Shown piece by piece: positions 1 to 8,545 of a stretch of DNA of 50,278 bases. The stretch spans positions 1 through 50,278 of the IMG/VR virus record IMGVR_UViG_3300037478_000110, one strand, 5' to 3'. How positions within the stretch are numbered: the stretch's first letter is position 1; each line of letters opens with the position of its first letter. The notes under the pieces were generated by a model. The model saw nothing but the letters and a program-made list of their open reading frames with translations. It was not told the origin of the DNA and made no database searches. The position numbers were made by a program, and so were the translations under genes. This DNA is from a virus (lineage: Duplodnaviria > Caudoviricetes).

Positions 1-316
1 CTTTGTCACGGGTGCTGCTGCCCCGGTGAAGGAATTGGAGATGCTGCGCGGCTCGATGGTCAATTCCGATCTGTCCCCGACGCAGTTCAAGGCGGCGGTC
101 GATGCCTATCGCGATGAGGTCAAGCTTGGGCTCCAAATCCGCAAGAACCTTCTGACGCGTGGGATGACGATCCGGGACCCGCAGTACGACGCGGAATTCG
201 AACGCGCCTATATGCAGTTGAAGGGGGCTGGGGGGCAGCCGGCCGGTGCTCCTGATGGCGTGCCGCCGGAAGTGTGGGACGCGATGACGCCCGAGGAACA
301 GGCTCTATGGAACTGA
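1..316 (+). CDS. C-terminal part of a probable DNA ejection/internal virion protein (5'-truncated)
   Basis: Frame open from the window start; stop overlaps the next ATG; position between gp10-like and tail-fibre genes in the circular order. Confidence 0.6.
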   Translation, partial: FVTGAAAPVKELEMLRGSMVNSDLSPTQFKAAVDAYRDEVKLGLQIRKNLLTRGMTIRDPQYDAEFERAYMQLKGAGGQPAGAPDGVPPEVWDAMTPEEQALWN

Positions 317-2286
317 GCATCGAGCAGCAGCGTGCCATCGCGCTCGCCAAGGCTCGGGTGCGGGCGGCGCAGCCGGAACCGGAGACTGCTGCCGAGCCGG
401 TTCCGGCCGCAATGGCGGGGGGCACCGACCCGTCCATGATGGACGCCGCCGCTTTCGGTGCCGCTCAGGGCATGACGTTCAACACGTCGGATGAGATCGA
501 GGCGGGACTCCGCACCGGCTTCGGGCTTGCCGGCGATTATGACGAGACGCTGGACGAAGTGCGTGCCAACATGGAAGCCGCACGGGCAAAGCACCCGTGG
601 CTGTTTCTCGGTTCCGAGGTGGCCGGCGGTGTCGGGACCGGGGCGGGGCTGCTGAAAGGCGGATTGTCTCTCACCGGACGTGCGGTCGATGCCGGCCGCG
701 GCGTGCTGATGCGTGGTGGGGCGGCCTCGGTCGAAGGTGCTGCTGCTGGCGGTCTTTACGGGGCAGGCGCAGGCACCACGGCAGACGAACGCCTTGAAGG
801 GGCAAAGCAGGGGGCGAAGGTTGGAGCCGTTCTCGGTCCGGTTGCCGAAGCCGGTGGTTCGCTGGTCGCCCGTGCGCTGCCGGGAAAGAAGGCGCGCAAC
901 CTTGGCCGGCTTGACCCGGCCGCCCGTGAAGGCGTCGAGGCGGCAGAGAAATTCGATATCCCGCTGACCCGTGGACAGGCCACCGGCGATATCGGCCAGC
1001 AGGCATTCGAGGAAGCCGCCCGGCACGGTTCCAAGGGTACTGTGGCGACGAATGTCCTCACCAAACAGGACAAGACCGCCGCAGACGCCGCAGAACGGGC
1101 ACAGGAGACGCTACAGCGGGGTTTTGGGGGCACGGCCATAGACGCGCCCCAGGAAGCGGGCGAGGCTGCTGTGGAGGCCCTGACGAGCCGTGCCGCGTCG
1201 CTCAAGCAACAGGGCAGGCGAGCCTATGAAGCGGCCGAAGCCATGGGGGCGACGATCGACGCCGACGCGGTGCAGGTCGTTCCGGCTTTCATCCGCAACG
1301 TGCTCGATGCCGAAGGCGAGGTCATCGACGCGACCTTGCATCCGGCCGCCAGCTTTGCGCTGCGCCGTGCCGAGGACTGGGTGGGCAATATCAGGTCTCA
1401 GGACGGCGATGTGCTCGCTGTTTCCCTCAAGAGGCTCGACCGGCTGCGCCAGGTCGTCAAGCGCAATCGCGGCGCTCCGGGGTCGGACGATGCCCGGCTG
1501 GTCAAGAAGATCACGGCGGCCTATGACGGCTGGTTCGAGGCGGCGGTCGACACGGCGCTGTTCTCCGGCGATGAAGCCGCCCTTGCCGAACTGAAGCGCG
1601 CCCGTGGGTTGTGGTCGCACTACAGGTCCCTGACGACGCCACAGACCGGAGATGATGCCGGGTCCGTCATTGCCAAGATGATCGAACGCGATACCGACCC
1701 CATAGAGGCGACCAACTATCTTCTGGGGGTATCCAAGACTGGCGCATCGGGCCGGGCGGTGCGAGTCGTCTCCCAACTCAGGAACGAGTTCGGCGCGGAC
1801 TCCGAGCCGATCAACTCGCTGCGTCAGGCCATGTGGCTGAAAATGACCCGCAACGCAGAAGGCAAGACGCAACCCGGTCCTCAGGCCATCGCCCAGACCA
1901 TATCGGAGTTCGTGGACGGCAAGGGCTCGGCAATGGCGAAGGTGCTGTACACGCCAAGAGAACGGGCGCAGATGCGCCGCTTTGCCCGTGCGATGCGGGC
2001 GCTGGTCACGAACCCTAAAGCCATGAACCCGTCCCGGTCCGGGTATCGGGTGATGGACGCCCTGAAAAGCACGTCGTCGGATCTCGCCGGAATGCTTGGG
2101 CTGACCTCGTTCGGGATCGAAGGTGGCTTGGCGGCGAAATTCGGCTTGCCGCTGCTGACCGGGGGCAGGAATGCCATGCAGGCCCGGCGCAACGTGTCGG
2201 CTCCGGTTCCGACCGTCAATCAGTTGCCGGGGGCAGTTGTAGGGGCCGGGGCGGGGGTCAACGACCATTCGGTCATGCCCCAGTAG
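307..2286 (+). CDS. Large Ala/Gly-rich DNA ejection (injection) protein
   Basis: About 660 aa, helical Ala/Gly-rich, with a GAAQGMTFNTSDEIEAG motif typical of podovirus ejection proteins; ATG 307 overlaps the upstream stop. Confidence 0.65.
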   Translation: MELSIEQQRAIALAKARVRAAQPEPETAAEPVPAAMAGGTDPSMMDAAAFGAAQGMTFNTSDEIEAGLRTGFGLAGDYDETLDEVRANMEAARAKHPWLFLGSEVAGGVGTGAGLLKGGLSLTGRAVDAGRGVLMRGGAASVEGAAAGGLYGAGAGTTADERLEGAKQGAKVGAVLGPVAEAGGSLVARALPGKKARNLGRLDPAAREGVEAAEKFDIPLTRGQATGDIGQQAFEEAARHGSKGTVATNVLTKQDKTAADAAERAQETLQRGFGGTAIDAPQEAGEAAVEALTSRAASLKQQGRRAYEAAEAMGATIDADAVQVVPAFIRNVLDAEGEVIDATLHPAASFALRRAEDWVGNIRSQDGDVLAVSLKRLDRLRQVVKRNRGAPGSDDARLVKKITAAYDGWFEAAVDTALFSGDEAALAELKRARGLWSHYRSLTTPQTGDDAGSVIAKMIERDTDPIEATNYLLGVSKTGASGRAVRVVSQLRNEFGADSEPINSLRQAMWLKMTRNAEGKTQPGPQAIAQTISEFVDGKGSAMAKVLYTPRERAQMRRFARAMRALVTNPKAMNPSRSGYRVMDALKSTSSDLAGMLGLTSFGIEGGLAAKFGLPLLTGGRNAMQARRNVSAPVPTVNQLPGAVVGAGAGVNDHSVMPQ

Positions 2287-2456
2287 AGAAACAGCAGGCC
2301 CATGATGGTGAAGGCACACGCGATCACAGTGTCGATGCTGTGCCCGTTGCCTTCGCGCTCGCGCCGTTCCCTCACTACGTAGCAAGCCACGATACCTACC
2401 GTCAGAAGGTTGGCCGCCATGATTGGGGCCATTGCCTTGAGAAATTCGTCGACCAT
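2220..2456 (-). CDS. Small two-TM membrane protein (antisense moron)
   Basis: MVDEFLKAMAPIMAANLLTVGIVACYVV...IACAFTIMGLLFLYWG; own promoter TTGCGG-N17-TATGTG 6 nt before the ATG. Confidence 0.55.
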   Translation of the reverse strand: MVDEFLKAMAPIMAANLLTVGIVACYVVRERREREGNGHSIDTVIACAFTIMGLLFLYWGMTEWSLTPAPAPTTAPGN

Positions 2457-2502
2457 TCCCGACACATAAGCATTCCCCCGACATTCCGCAAAGGAAAAGT
2501 GC

Positions 2503-4167
2503 ATGGCTCAGTTGCACTGGCTGTCCGGCTATCAGGCCATCAATTCCAGTGGTGACGTGATCGTAGGGGCAAAGCTCTACACCTACGAGGCCGGAACCAC
2601 GACCAATCTGGCCACCTATTCCGACAACGCCCTGTCGAGCGCCAACACCAATCCGCTGGTGTCGGATGCCAACGGCTATTTCGGCTCGATCTTCGTCAAG
2701 CCGGAGGACTACAAGTTCGTCCTCAAGACGGCGGCGGACGTGGAGATATGGTCCCGCGACAACGCCAATGCGGAGGAAGAAGTTGCCCGGCCGATCCGGT
2801 GGACCGGAACCGCATCGGGCACGGCGAATGCCATCCTGCTCACCGCCGCAGATGCACCTGCCGCCTATGTCAATGGCCAGCGGTTCCGGTTTATCGCGGC
2901 GGCGTCCAATACCGCAGCGGTGACGGTCAACGTCAATTCCATCGGCGTGGTCGATATCGTGCGGGCCGGTGGCGTTGCTTTGGCTGCCGATACCATCATT
3001 GCCAACTACCCCTATGAAATCGAGTACGTCTCCGCGATTGGCGATTTTGTCATTCGCGGTGTGGACGGGCTGTTCTCCGGCGCGGAAACCGCTGTCGTTC
3101 CCGCCGATGCGGATTCGGTGTTTTTCACCGATGCCAGCAATGGCGATGCGGCGGCGACGGCCATATTCGCCGCGTTCTCGCATCAGGCCGGCATGGTTTT
3201 TAACGCGAGCTGGTCGGTCACGGTCGCGGCCAACGTCCTCACCATTGCGCTCAAGACAGCGGCCGGGGGCGACCCCTCCACCGCCGATCCGGTCCGCATC
3301 GGCTTCAGAAGCGCGACGCTCACGACCAGCGCGACCTCGTTCGTCGCGGTCACGTCCGCGCTGTCGATGACGATCTCGGCGGGCTCGACGCTCGGCTTCA
3401 CCGCCGACGAAGCCGGGCGCATCTACATGGGCTTCATCAACAACGCGGGTACTGCGGAGTTGTGCGCATGGCGGTCCCTGAATGGCAAGTCGCTGTTCAA
3501 GCCGTCGCAGTTCGCCCTGCACACGACCACGGCGGAAGGTGGGGCGGGCGCGGCCGACAGTGCGGCTGTGGTCTATTCCACCACGGCGCGGACCAGCGTG
3601 GCGCTCGTGATCGGCGGCTATTTCGACATCACGACCGGATCGACTGCCGGCAACTGGGAGAACGCCCCGACCGCCGTTCAGACGGTGGGGCCGGGTGTCC
3701 CCGTTACCGGCGATATCGTTCAGGAGGCGAGGACCGAATATTCGGCCAAATCCGGCTCCAACACGGTCATGCCGAGAGACGCCACTATCCCCCAGGTCAC
3801 GGAGGGGAACGAGTACATGACGCGGGCGATCACGCCCAGCAATGCGCTGAACCTTCTGGACATCGAAGCCCTCGCCCTTCTGTCCCCTCGAAACGATACA
3901 ACCGTCACGTCCGCGCTATTCCAGGTCGGCACGTCCGATGCCCTTACCGCAACCATCAATGACATGCTGATCAACGGAGCGCGGGAAAGCCCACTCAGAT
4001 ATCGGCAGGTTGCCGGTTCCACGTCCTCGATCACGTTTTCGTTCCGTGCCGGCGCGTCGACCGCCATCAATCTGGACATCAACGGCGTTCATTCCATTGA
4101 CACCACCAACCCGATTCTCGGGGCGATTCCGAAAAGCTTCATTCAGGTCACGGAGCTTTTTGTCTGA
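2503..4167 (+). CDS. Tail fibre/tailspike with P22 head-binding-like N-terminal domain
   Basis: N-terminus GAKLYTYEAGTTTNLATYSD...NTNPLVSDANG is typical of podovirus tailspike anchors; Thr/Ala/Ser-rich beta body. Confidence 0.75.
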   Translation: MAQLHWLSGYQAINSSGDVIVGAKLYTYEAGTTTNLATYSDNALSSANTNPLVSDANGYFGSIFVKPEDYKFVLKTAADVEIWSRDNANAEEEVARPIRWTGTASGTANAILLTAADAPAAYVNGQRFRFIAAASNTAAVTVNVNSIGVVDIVRAGGVALAADTIIANYPYEIEYVSAIGDFVIRGVDGLFSGAETAVVPADADSVFFTDASNGDAAATAIFAAFSHQAGMVFNASWSVTVAANVLTIALKTAAGGDPSTADPVRIGFRSATLTTSATSFVAVTSALSMTISAGSTLGFTADEAGRIYMGFINNAGTAELCAWRSLNGKSLFKPSQFALHTTTAEGGAGAADSAAVVYSTTARTSVALVIGGYFDITTGSTAGNWENAPTAVQTVGPGVPVTGDIVQEARTEYSAKSGSNTVMPRDATIPQVTEGNEYMTRAITPSNALNLLDIEALALLSPRNDTTVTSALFQVGTSDALTATINDMLINGARESPLRYRQVAGSTSSITFSFRAGASTAINLDINGVHSIDTTNPILGAIPKSFIQVTELFV

Positions 4168-4841
4168 TGCTTGCCGTCACGCAACTGTGCGGGTTCGGGG
4201 CTGTGGCCGGAGGCGCCCCCGTCGTCGCGTTTACGGACTCCGCTGTCGATCCAACAAACACCACTACATACACGTTCACTCTGGATTTCGGGGCGGCGGC
4301 GGGTGACCGATATCTGATCGCCACACCAAGCACGCGCGGCAGCGGGACCGGCGCAGCCATATCGTCCGTCACCATTGGCGGCGTGACGGCGACCGAAGTC
4401 ATCAACACGACGGCGCTTCTGGCCACGGTCTACAACGGTGCGGCTATTTTCATCGCGGCGGTGCCGACCGGAACATCCGGCGATGTGGTCGTGACCTACG
4501 CAAACAGCCAGTTGCGTGCGGGCTGCGGGCTATATCAGGTCACTGGACTGTCGTCCTCGACGGCTCACGATACGGCGACCGATTCCGGCAGCGACCCACT
4601 CACCGACACCATCGACGTTCCGGCTGGCGGATTTATTGTCGCCGTGGCGGTAGGTGAAGGCACGCCCCCCATCTTTACGTGGACGGGTGTAGACGAATCC
4701 TATGACGAGGCCATGGAGTCGACAATCTGCCACTCTGGCGGCTTCAAGTCATATGCTGCTGCGCAAACCGGGCAGGCTATCGAGGCCGATATTTCAGGCT
4801 CGCCGACGTTCCACGTCATGTCGGCGGCATCGTTCCGCTAG
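4167..4841 (+). CDS. Tail-fibre-associated beta-rich virion protein
   Basis: Coupled (TGATG) to the tail fibre; Thr/Gly/Ala-rich. Confidence 0.55.
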   Translation: MLAVTQLCGFGAVAGGAPVVAFTDSAVDPTNTTTYTFTLDFGAAAGDRYLIATPSTRGSGTGAAISSVTIGGVTATEVINTTALLATVYNGAAIFIAAVPTGTSGDVVVTYANSQLRAGCGLYQVTGLSSSTAHDTATDSGSDPLTDTIDVPAGGFIVAVAVGEGTPPIFTWTGVDESYDEAMESTICHSGGFKSYAAAQTGQAIEADISGSPTFHVMSAASFR

Positions 4842-5431
4842 CGCATGAAGTCGATGGTACCGAGATACTTGCCGTCGACCTCGATCTCGGAATGAACGAG
4901 GACGCCCATGTTGGCGGTGCGCAGGATGCGGATCGACTGCTCGTGGCTCGGCACGAAGTCACACTCCAACCGGGTGAACTTCCATGGGTGAAGTTCGATG
5001 GTTTCGTTCAGCAGGCGTTTGTTCAACGCCACGATCCGGTAATAGATGGTGCCAACACCGCTTGGAGCGTCCTGCACGATCATGTCGCCGTCGATCACGG
5101 CACCGGCTGACACCGCGTCCTCATCGTAAGGGACGCGATCGGTGACCGGCTTCCCGCGATCCTGACCGAGCACGAAATAGCGTTCCACACCATCCTCGGT
5201 GGTGGTCAGCACAACATCGGCCTCGCCTGCCTTGCGGTAATGGGCAAGCCCTTCCCCGGTCGCCCATGTCCCGGTCAGCGCGTGGGTGACGGGCTTGCGG
5301 AAGTCGATCCGCCACGGGCCTTTCGGCGCGGCGTGTTCAACAGCCAATGCGACGATATCGGCGCCGGTGACATAATCCCGCTCGCCCTTGAAGGCCATCG
5401 GGAACCTGAATTTGAAGTCGTGTGTGTACAT
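4838..5431 (-). CDS. Hypothetical moron protein (197 aa), possibly a hotdog-like fold
   Basis: Good-looking ORF antisense to the late operon; extended -10 TGG-TAGGTT 6 nt before the ATG; FKGERDYVTGADI N-terminal motif. Confidence 0.6.
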   Translation of the reverse strand: MYTHDFKFRFPMAFKGERDYVTGADIVALAVEHAAPKGPWRIDFRKPVTHALTGTWATGEGLAHYRKAGEADVVLTTTEDGVERYFVLGQDRGKPVTDRVPYDEDAVSAGAVIDGDMIVQDAPSGVGTIYYRIVALNKRLLNETIELHPWKFTRLECDFVPSHEQSIRILRTANMGVLVHSEIEVDGKYLGTIDFMR

Positions 5432-5478
5432 CGGCGCAACCTACCACCTTTCCCCCGCCCCGCCACCCCGGAGACACC

Positions 5479-5691
5479 ATGCGACAACAGATCATAGAAA
5501 TCGTCTCTGACGGAGGCCCGTTTCACAAGACGACTCTGGTCCTGGCTGGCATGGCCACGGCAAGCCCGTGGTGGATCGACGCCTTGGATTGGATTGACCC
5601 GGTTGCACAGAAGATGCTCGCCCCGGCCGGTGTCACATGGTTTGCGGTGCAAATCGTTCTAGCCGTCCTGAAATACCGGCGCAACAGATAG
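5479..5691 (+). CDS. Holin-like small membrane protein
   Basis: GGAG RBS; two hydrophobic segments and a basic C-terminus (KYRRNR); start of the lysis region. Confidence 0.55.
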   Translation: MRQQIIEIVSDGGPFHKTTLVLAGMATASPWWIDALDWIDPVAQKMLAPAGVTWFAVQIVLAVLKYRRNR

Positions 5692-5741
5692 ACGCCGTTC
5701 TCCCGGCCCTGCGGGGCCATCATCCCGAAAAGGAAACCGCC

Positions 5742-6722
5742 ATGAAGACGCTGTTCGCGGCTGTCGTCACCCTTGTGCTTGCGTGTTCCGCTTCTCTCGC
5801 CTGGGACCGGGACGCTATGAACCGTCAGATCGACCAGACCAACTTCATTGTCGCTCGGAACTGCTCCGGCACCCTGATCGATCTGAAGCAGAAGCTGATC
5901 CTGACCAACCATCATTGCATCGAGTCCTTCGTCAAGACCACGGAACGCGAGGTCGCCGACAGCGAGGGCGTCATCAAGAAGGTGAAGCGGGAGAAGCTCG
6001 ACGATGTGCCCGTGGTCCAGCGGGCCTATCAGGGCTTCGAGACGGTCGGGCAGGCCACCTATGTCACCCGCATCGTCGCGCACAAGCAGACCCGCGACCT
6101 GGCACTTTTGCAAATCCGTGCCGATACCATCCCGCAGACGCTCTCCAGCCGCGTTGCCGGCGAGGCGAGCAAGGCCGCACGCGGCGATCACGCCTTCGCG
6201 GTAGGCAACCCCAACCTGCTCGACGCCACGGTCACTGAGGGCATTATCTCGTCCGTCCAGCGTACCTTCGAATTCCCATGGGCCTTGGGCGAAAAGCTGC
6301 CCATGTTGCAGTACAGCGGCGGTTTGGCCGGCGGGTCGTCCGGTGGGGCGCTGTACAATGACGGCGGCGAGCTGATCGGCGTTCCGGCGGCAGGCTACCG
6401 TTCCACCACCTTCCTCGGTCTCGCCATTCCGGCGTCGATCATCCGCGAGTTCCTGGCGGAGTTCTGCTTTGCCTCTGCCTACGATCCGGCGGCGGACGAT
6501 GCCAAGTGCCGCGCGGACCGCGAGAAGAAGGAGAAGGGCGACAAGTCCGCCTTCAACTGGTCGACGGAAACCATTGCTCCCGCAAGCGGCGATGCGATAG
6601 ACGCCCCGGAACGGCTGGTGGTTACAGACCCGGTGCCGTGTGTTGCCGGACCGGCTGATCTGCCGATGCCGTTGAGCGCGTTGCCCTTGGTCCCGTGCGA
6701 GGCGAAGGGGGAGAAGAAGTGA
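5742..6722 (+). CDS. Secreted trypsin-like (S1) serine protease
   Basis: Signal peptide MKTLFAAVVTLVLACSASLA; catalytic motifs LTNHHC (His), DLALL (Asp), GGSSGG (Ser). Confidence 0.85.
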   Translation: MKTLFAAVVTLVLACSASLAWDRDAMNRQIDQTNFIVARNCSGTLIDLKQKLILTNHHCIESFVKTTEREVADSEGVIKKVKREKLDDVPVVQRAYQGFETVGQATYVTRIVAHKQTRDLALLQIRADTIPQTLSSRVAGEASKAARGDHAFAVGNPNLLDATVTEGIISSVQRTFEFPWALGEKLPMLQYSGGLAGGSSGGALYNDGGELIGVPAAGYRSTTFLGLAIPASIIREFLAEFCFASAYDPAADDAKCRADREKKEKGDKSAFNWSTETIAPASGDAIDAPERLVVTDPVPCVAGPADLPMPLSALPLVPCEAKGEKK

Positions 6723-6823
6723 GCCTCCGAACCATCGTCGAACTTCTGAGTTTCGTGTTCGGCACCTTCGCGTGCATCGCCCTGATCGTATTGCTGGGCG
6801 ACGCGGTTTGGCGGGCGCTGTGA
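6719..6823 (+). CDS. 34-aa single-TM peptide
   Basis: GTG overlaps the protease stop (GTGA); MSLRTIVELLSFVFGTFACIALIVLLGDAVWRAL. Confidence 0.45.
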   Translation: MSLRTIVELLSFVFGTFACIALIVLLGDAVWRAL

Positions 6824-6848
6824 ACAGCCACCGAAGGGCTGACGGGTA

Positions 6849-6954
6849 GGTCTGGCGGGCCGGGCTTGGCAAGGGGAAGTCGCATCTGTCCCCGCTCTGA
6901 GGGCTCCCGAAGTCCCTCTCGGCTGCGTTTCGTTCAACGCCGCCGCCAGAACCA
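6849..6954 (-). ncRNA. Putative structured ncRNA A
   Basis: Closing stem GGUUCUGGCGG/CCGCCAGACC; internal hairpins GAGGGAcUUCGgGAGCCCUC and GGGGA..UCCCC; extended -10 TGC-TATGGT at 6969-6961. Confidence 0.5.
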
Positions 6955-6975
6955 ACTCCCACCATAGCAAAATAC

Positions 6976-7105
6976 GGGGTGGATGGGTAGGCCGAAAACA
7001 CGAGGGCCGCCCCGAAGAGCGGCCCGCTGGGGCGGAGGTTTTAGCCTCCGGGTGTCATGGTCGCCTCCATCGCTGATCGATTGCATCGGCAACTTCGCGG
7101 TCATC
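6976..7105 (-). ncRNA. Putative structured ncRNA B (or structured mini-ORF mRNA)
   Basis: Promoter TTGCCG-N17-TAGGGT (7140-7112); hairpins GGGCCGCUcUUCGgGCGGCCC, CGGAGG-CUAAAA-CCUCCG, CGAU-GCAA-UCG; ends complementary. Confidence 0.45.
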
Positions 7106-7139
7106 CCAGCCACCCTACACCAGAACAAGGAATTCGGCA

Positions 7140-7757
7140 ATGAACATCGGACCGAAGGGCCTTGCCCTCATCAAGAAGTGTGAAGGCATCGAACTGAAAG
7201 CCTACCGGGATTCGGCGGGTGTGCTGACAATCGGCTACGGCCATACGTCGGCCGCCGGTGCCCCGGCCGTTCGCGACGGCATGGCCATCAACCAGGAGGA
7301 AGCCGAGTATATCCTCGAAACGGATCTGCGGAAGTACGAGGCCGAAGTCACGCTGAACGTACACGTGCCGCTCAATCAGAACCAGTTCGATGCGCTGGTC
7401 TCGTGGCACTACAACACCGGAGCGATTGCGAAGGCGACGCTGACCAAGAAGCTGAACGCGGGCAACTATGATGCCGTGCCGGCCGAAATTGCGAAGTGGA
7501 ACAAGGCGACGGTGAACGGCAAGAAGGTTGTCCTGCGAGGCTTGACGACGCGGCGCAAGATGGAGGCCGACCTGTGGAACACGCCCCCTGCCGAGCCTGC
7601 CCCCGCCTCAGAGGAAATCGCCCGACAGATCGACCCTATCGAGGAACCCGCCTTCACCGCCTCCGGCCCGAAGGACGGGAGCGGCTGGTTGATCTTGGCT
7701 GCCTGTGTTGGCATTCCAGCCGTGATCATCGGCGCCAAGGTGTTCGGGCTGTTTTAG
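7140..7757 (+). CDS. Endolysin, GH24 phage lysozyme, with Pro-rich linker and C-terminal TM helix
   Basis: EGIELKAYRDSAGVLTIGYGHT (E-x8-D-x5-T); LNQNQFDALVS; GLTTRRKMEADL. Confidence 0.93.
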   Translation: MNIGPKGLALIKKCEGIELKAYRDSAGVLTIGYGHTSAAGAPAVRDGMAINQEEAEYILETDLRKYEAEVTLNVHVPLNQNQFDALVSWHYNTGAIAKATLTKKLNAGNYDAVPAEIAKWNKATVNGKKVVLRGLTTRRKMEADLWNTPPAEPAPASEEIARQIDPIEEPAFTASGPKDGSGWLILAACVGIPAVIIGAKVFGLF

Positions 7758-7758
7758 C

Positions 7759-7904
7759 GTCTGGCGGGCGGTCCAGCCTGCGACCGAGTTCCGAAGTCTT
7801 ATCCTCTCTTTCAAGGCTCCGGGTGGCCAATCCCGGCACCGTTAACTTCGGACGACTGACGCTTTCGCGCCCACCTGACTGCGGATAAACCGCCGCCGCC
7901 AGAC
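7759..7904 (-). ncRNA. Putative structured ncRNA C
   Basis: Promoter TTGCTG-N17-TACTGT (7939-7911) starts at the 5' end of stem GUCUGGCGG(C)GGCGGU/ACCGCCCGCCAGAC; inner stems UCCGAAGU/ACUUCGGA, GCGC-GAAA-GCGU, CCGGG/CCCGG. Confidence 0.6.
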
Positions 7905-7946
7905 CATCCAACAGTATACGAACAAACTCATTTCAGCAACTCACCC

Positions 7947-7970
7947 GCCCGCAATTTCAGCGGGCTTTTT
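7947..7970 (+). terminator. Rho-independent terminator inside the late operon
   Basis: GCCCGC-aatttca-GCGGGC-TTTTT. Confidence 0.7.
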
Positions 7971-7986
7971 CACGGAGAAACACACC

Positions 7987-8274
7987 ATGGCTCTGGCCAC
8001 ACTTGAAGCAAAAACCGAACTGCGTGAAGTCGGTCAGTTCGACAATGCGTTGAACCGACTCAACGGCGAGGCGTCCCGCCTTCGCGACATGGCGGAAACA
8101 GCCGAGCGGATCGCGGACTACCTGATCGGCTCAGAGCCGCAGCCCGTTGGCGATCAGGTGCGTGCCGACAAGGCGGCAAGTCACTGCGTCGGTCAGATTC
8201 ATGCCCTTGCCGACGATATCGACGAGTCCGCTTCTCGTCTCGCCGCCGCCCTTGCCCGGATCGGCAAGTTCTAA
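7987..8274 (+). CDS. Hypothetical coiled-coil protein
   Basis: GGAG RBS; 95-aa ORF. Confidence 0.65.
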   Translation: MALATLEAKTELREVGQFDNALNRLNGEASRLRDMAETAERIADYLIGSEPQPVGDQVRADKAASHCVGQIHALADDIDESASRLAAALARIGKF

Positions 8275-8299
8275 CCCCTCACCATAGGAGAAACACACC

Positions 8300-8542
8300 A
8301 TGGACAACTCAAAGTGGATCGGCAAATCGCTCACCTTCTGGGGCATCGCCGTCACGTTCCTGTCAACCGTCTTGCCCGCTGTCGGCCCGTTCATCGGGCT
8401 CGATGTCACGCCCGGTGAAGTGTCCGAAGTCGGCACGTCGGTGACGACTGCCCTTCAGGCGATCGGCGGCGCTATCGGCACCGTCATGGCCATCATTGGC
8501 CGGATGCGCGCCAAGGCCCCGGCAACCTTGCTGGGCTCCTGA
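8300..8542 (+). CDS. Holin-like membrane protein
   Basis: KWIGKSLTFWG N-terminal motif, two hydrophobic helices, directly upstream of the spanin-like pair. Confidence 0.6.
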   Translation: MDNSKWIGKSLTFWGIAVTFLSTVLPAVGPFIGLDVTPGEVSEVGTSVTTALQAIGGAIGTVMAIIGRMRAKAPATLLGS

Positions 8543-8545
8543 GCC

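Noticed and set aside
1111-3522. 803-aa minus-strand ORF, and similar long antisense ORFs at 5523-7001, 36811-37824 and 42490-44649
   Set aside because: Shadow frames of GC-rich sense genes; Arg/Gly-rich with no motifs or RBS
2503-4841. Diversity-generating retroelement or invertible tail-fibre system
   Set aside because: No reverse transcriptase, no invertase and no TR/VR-like repeat pair seen
6844-7904. Identity of the structured RNAs as c4 antisense RNA, hammerhead ribozyme, Y RNA or tRNA
   Set aside because: I could not find their hallmark elements (CUGAnGA/GAAA core, T-loop, c4 arms) by eye; left unassigned pending cmscan
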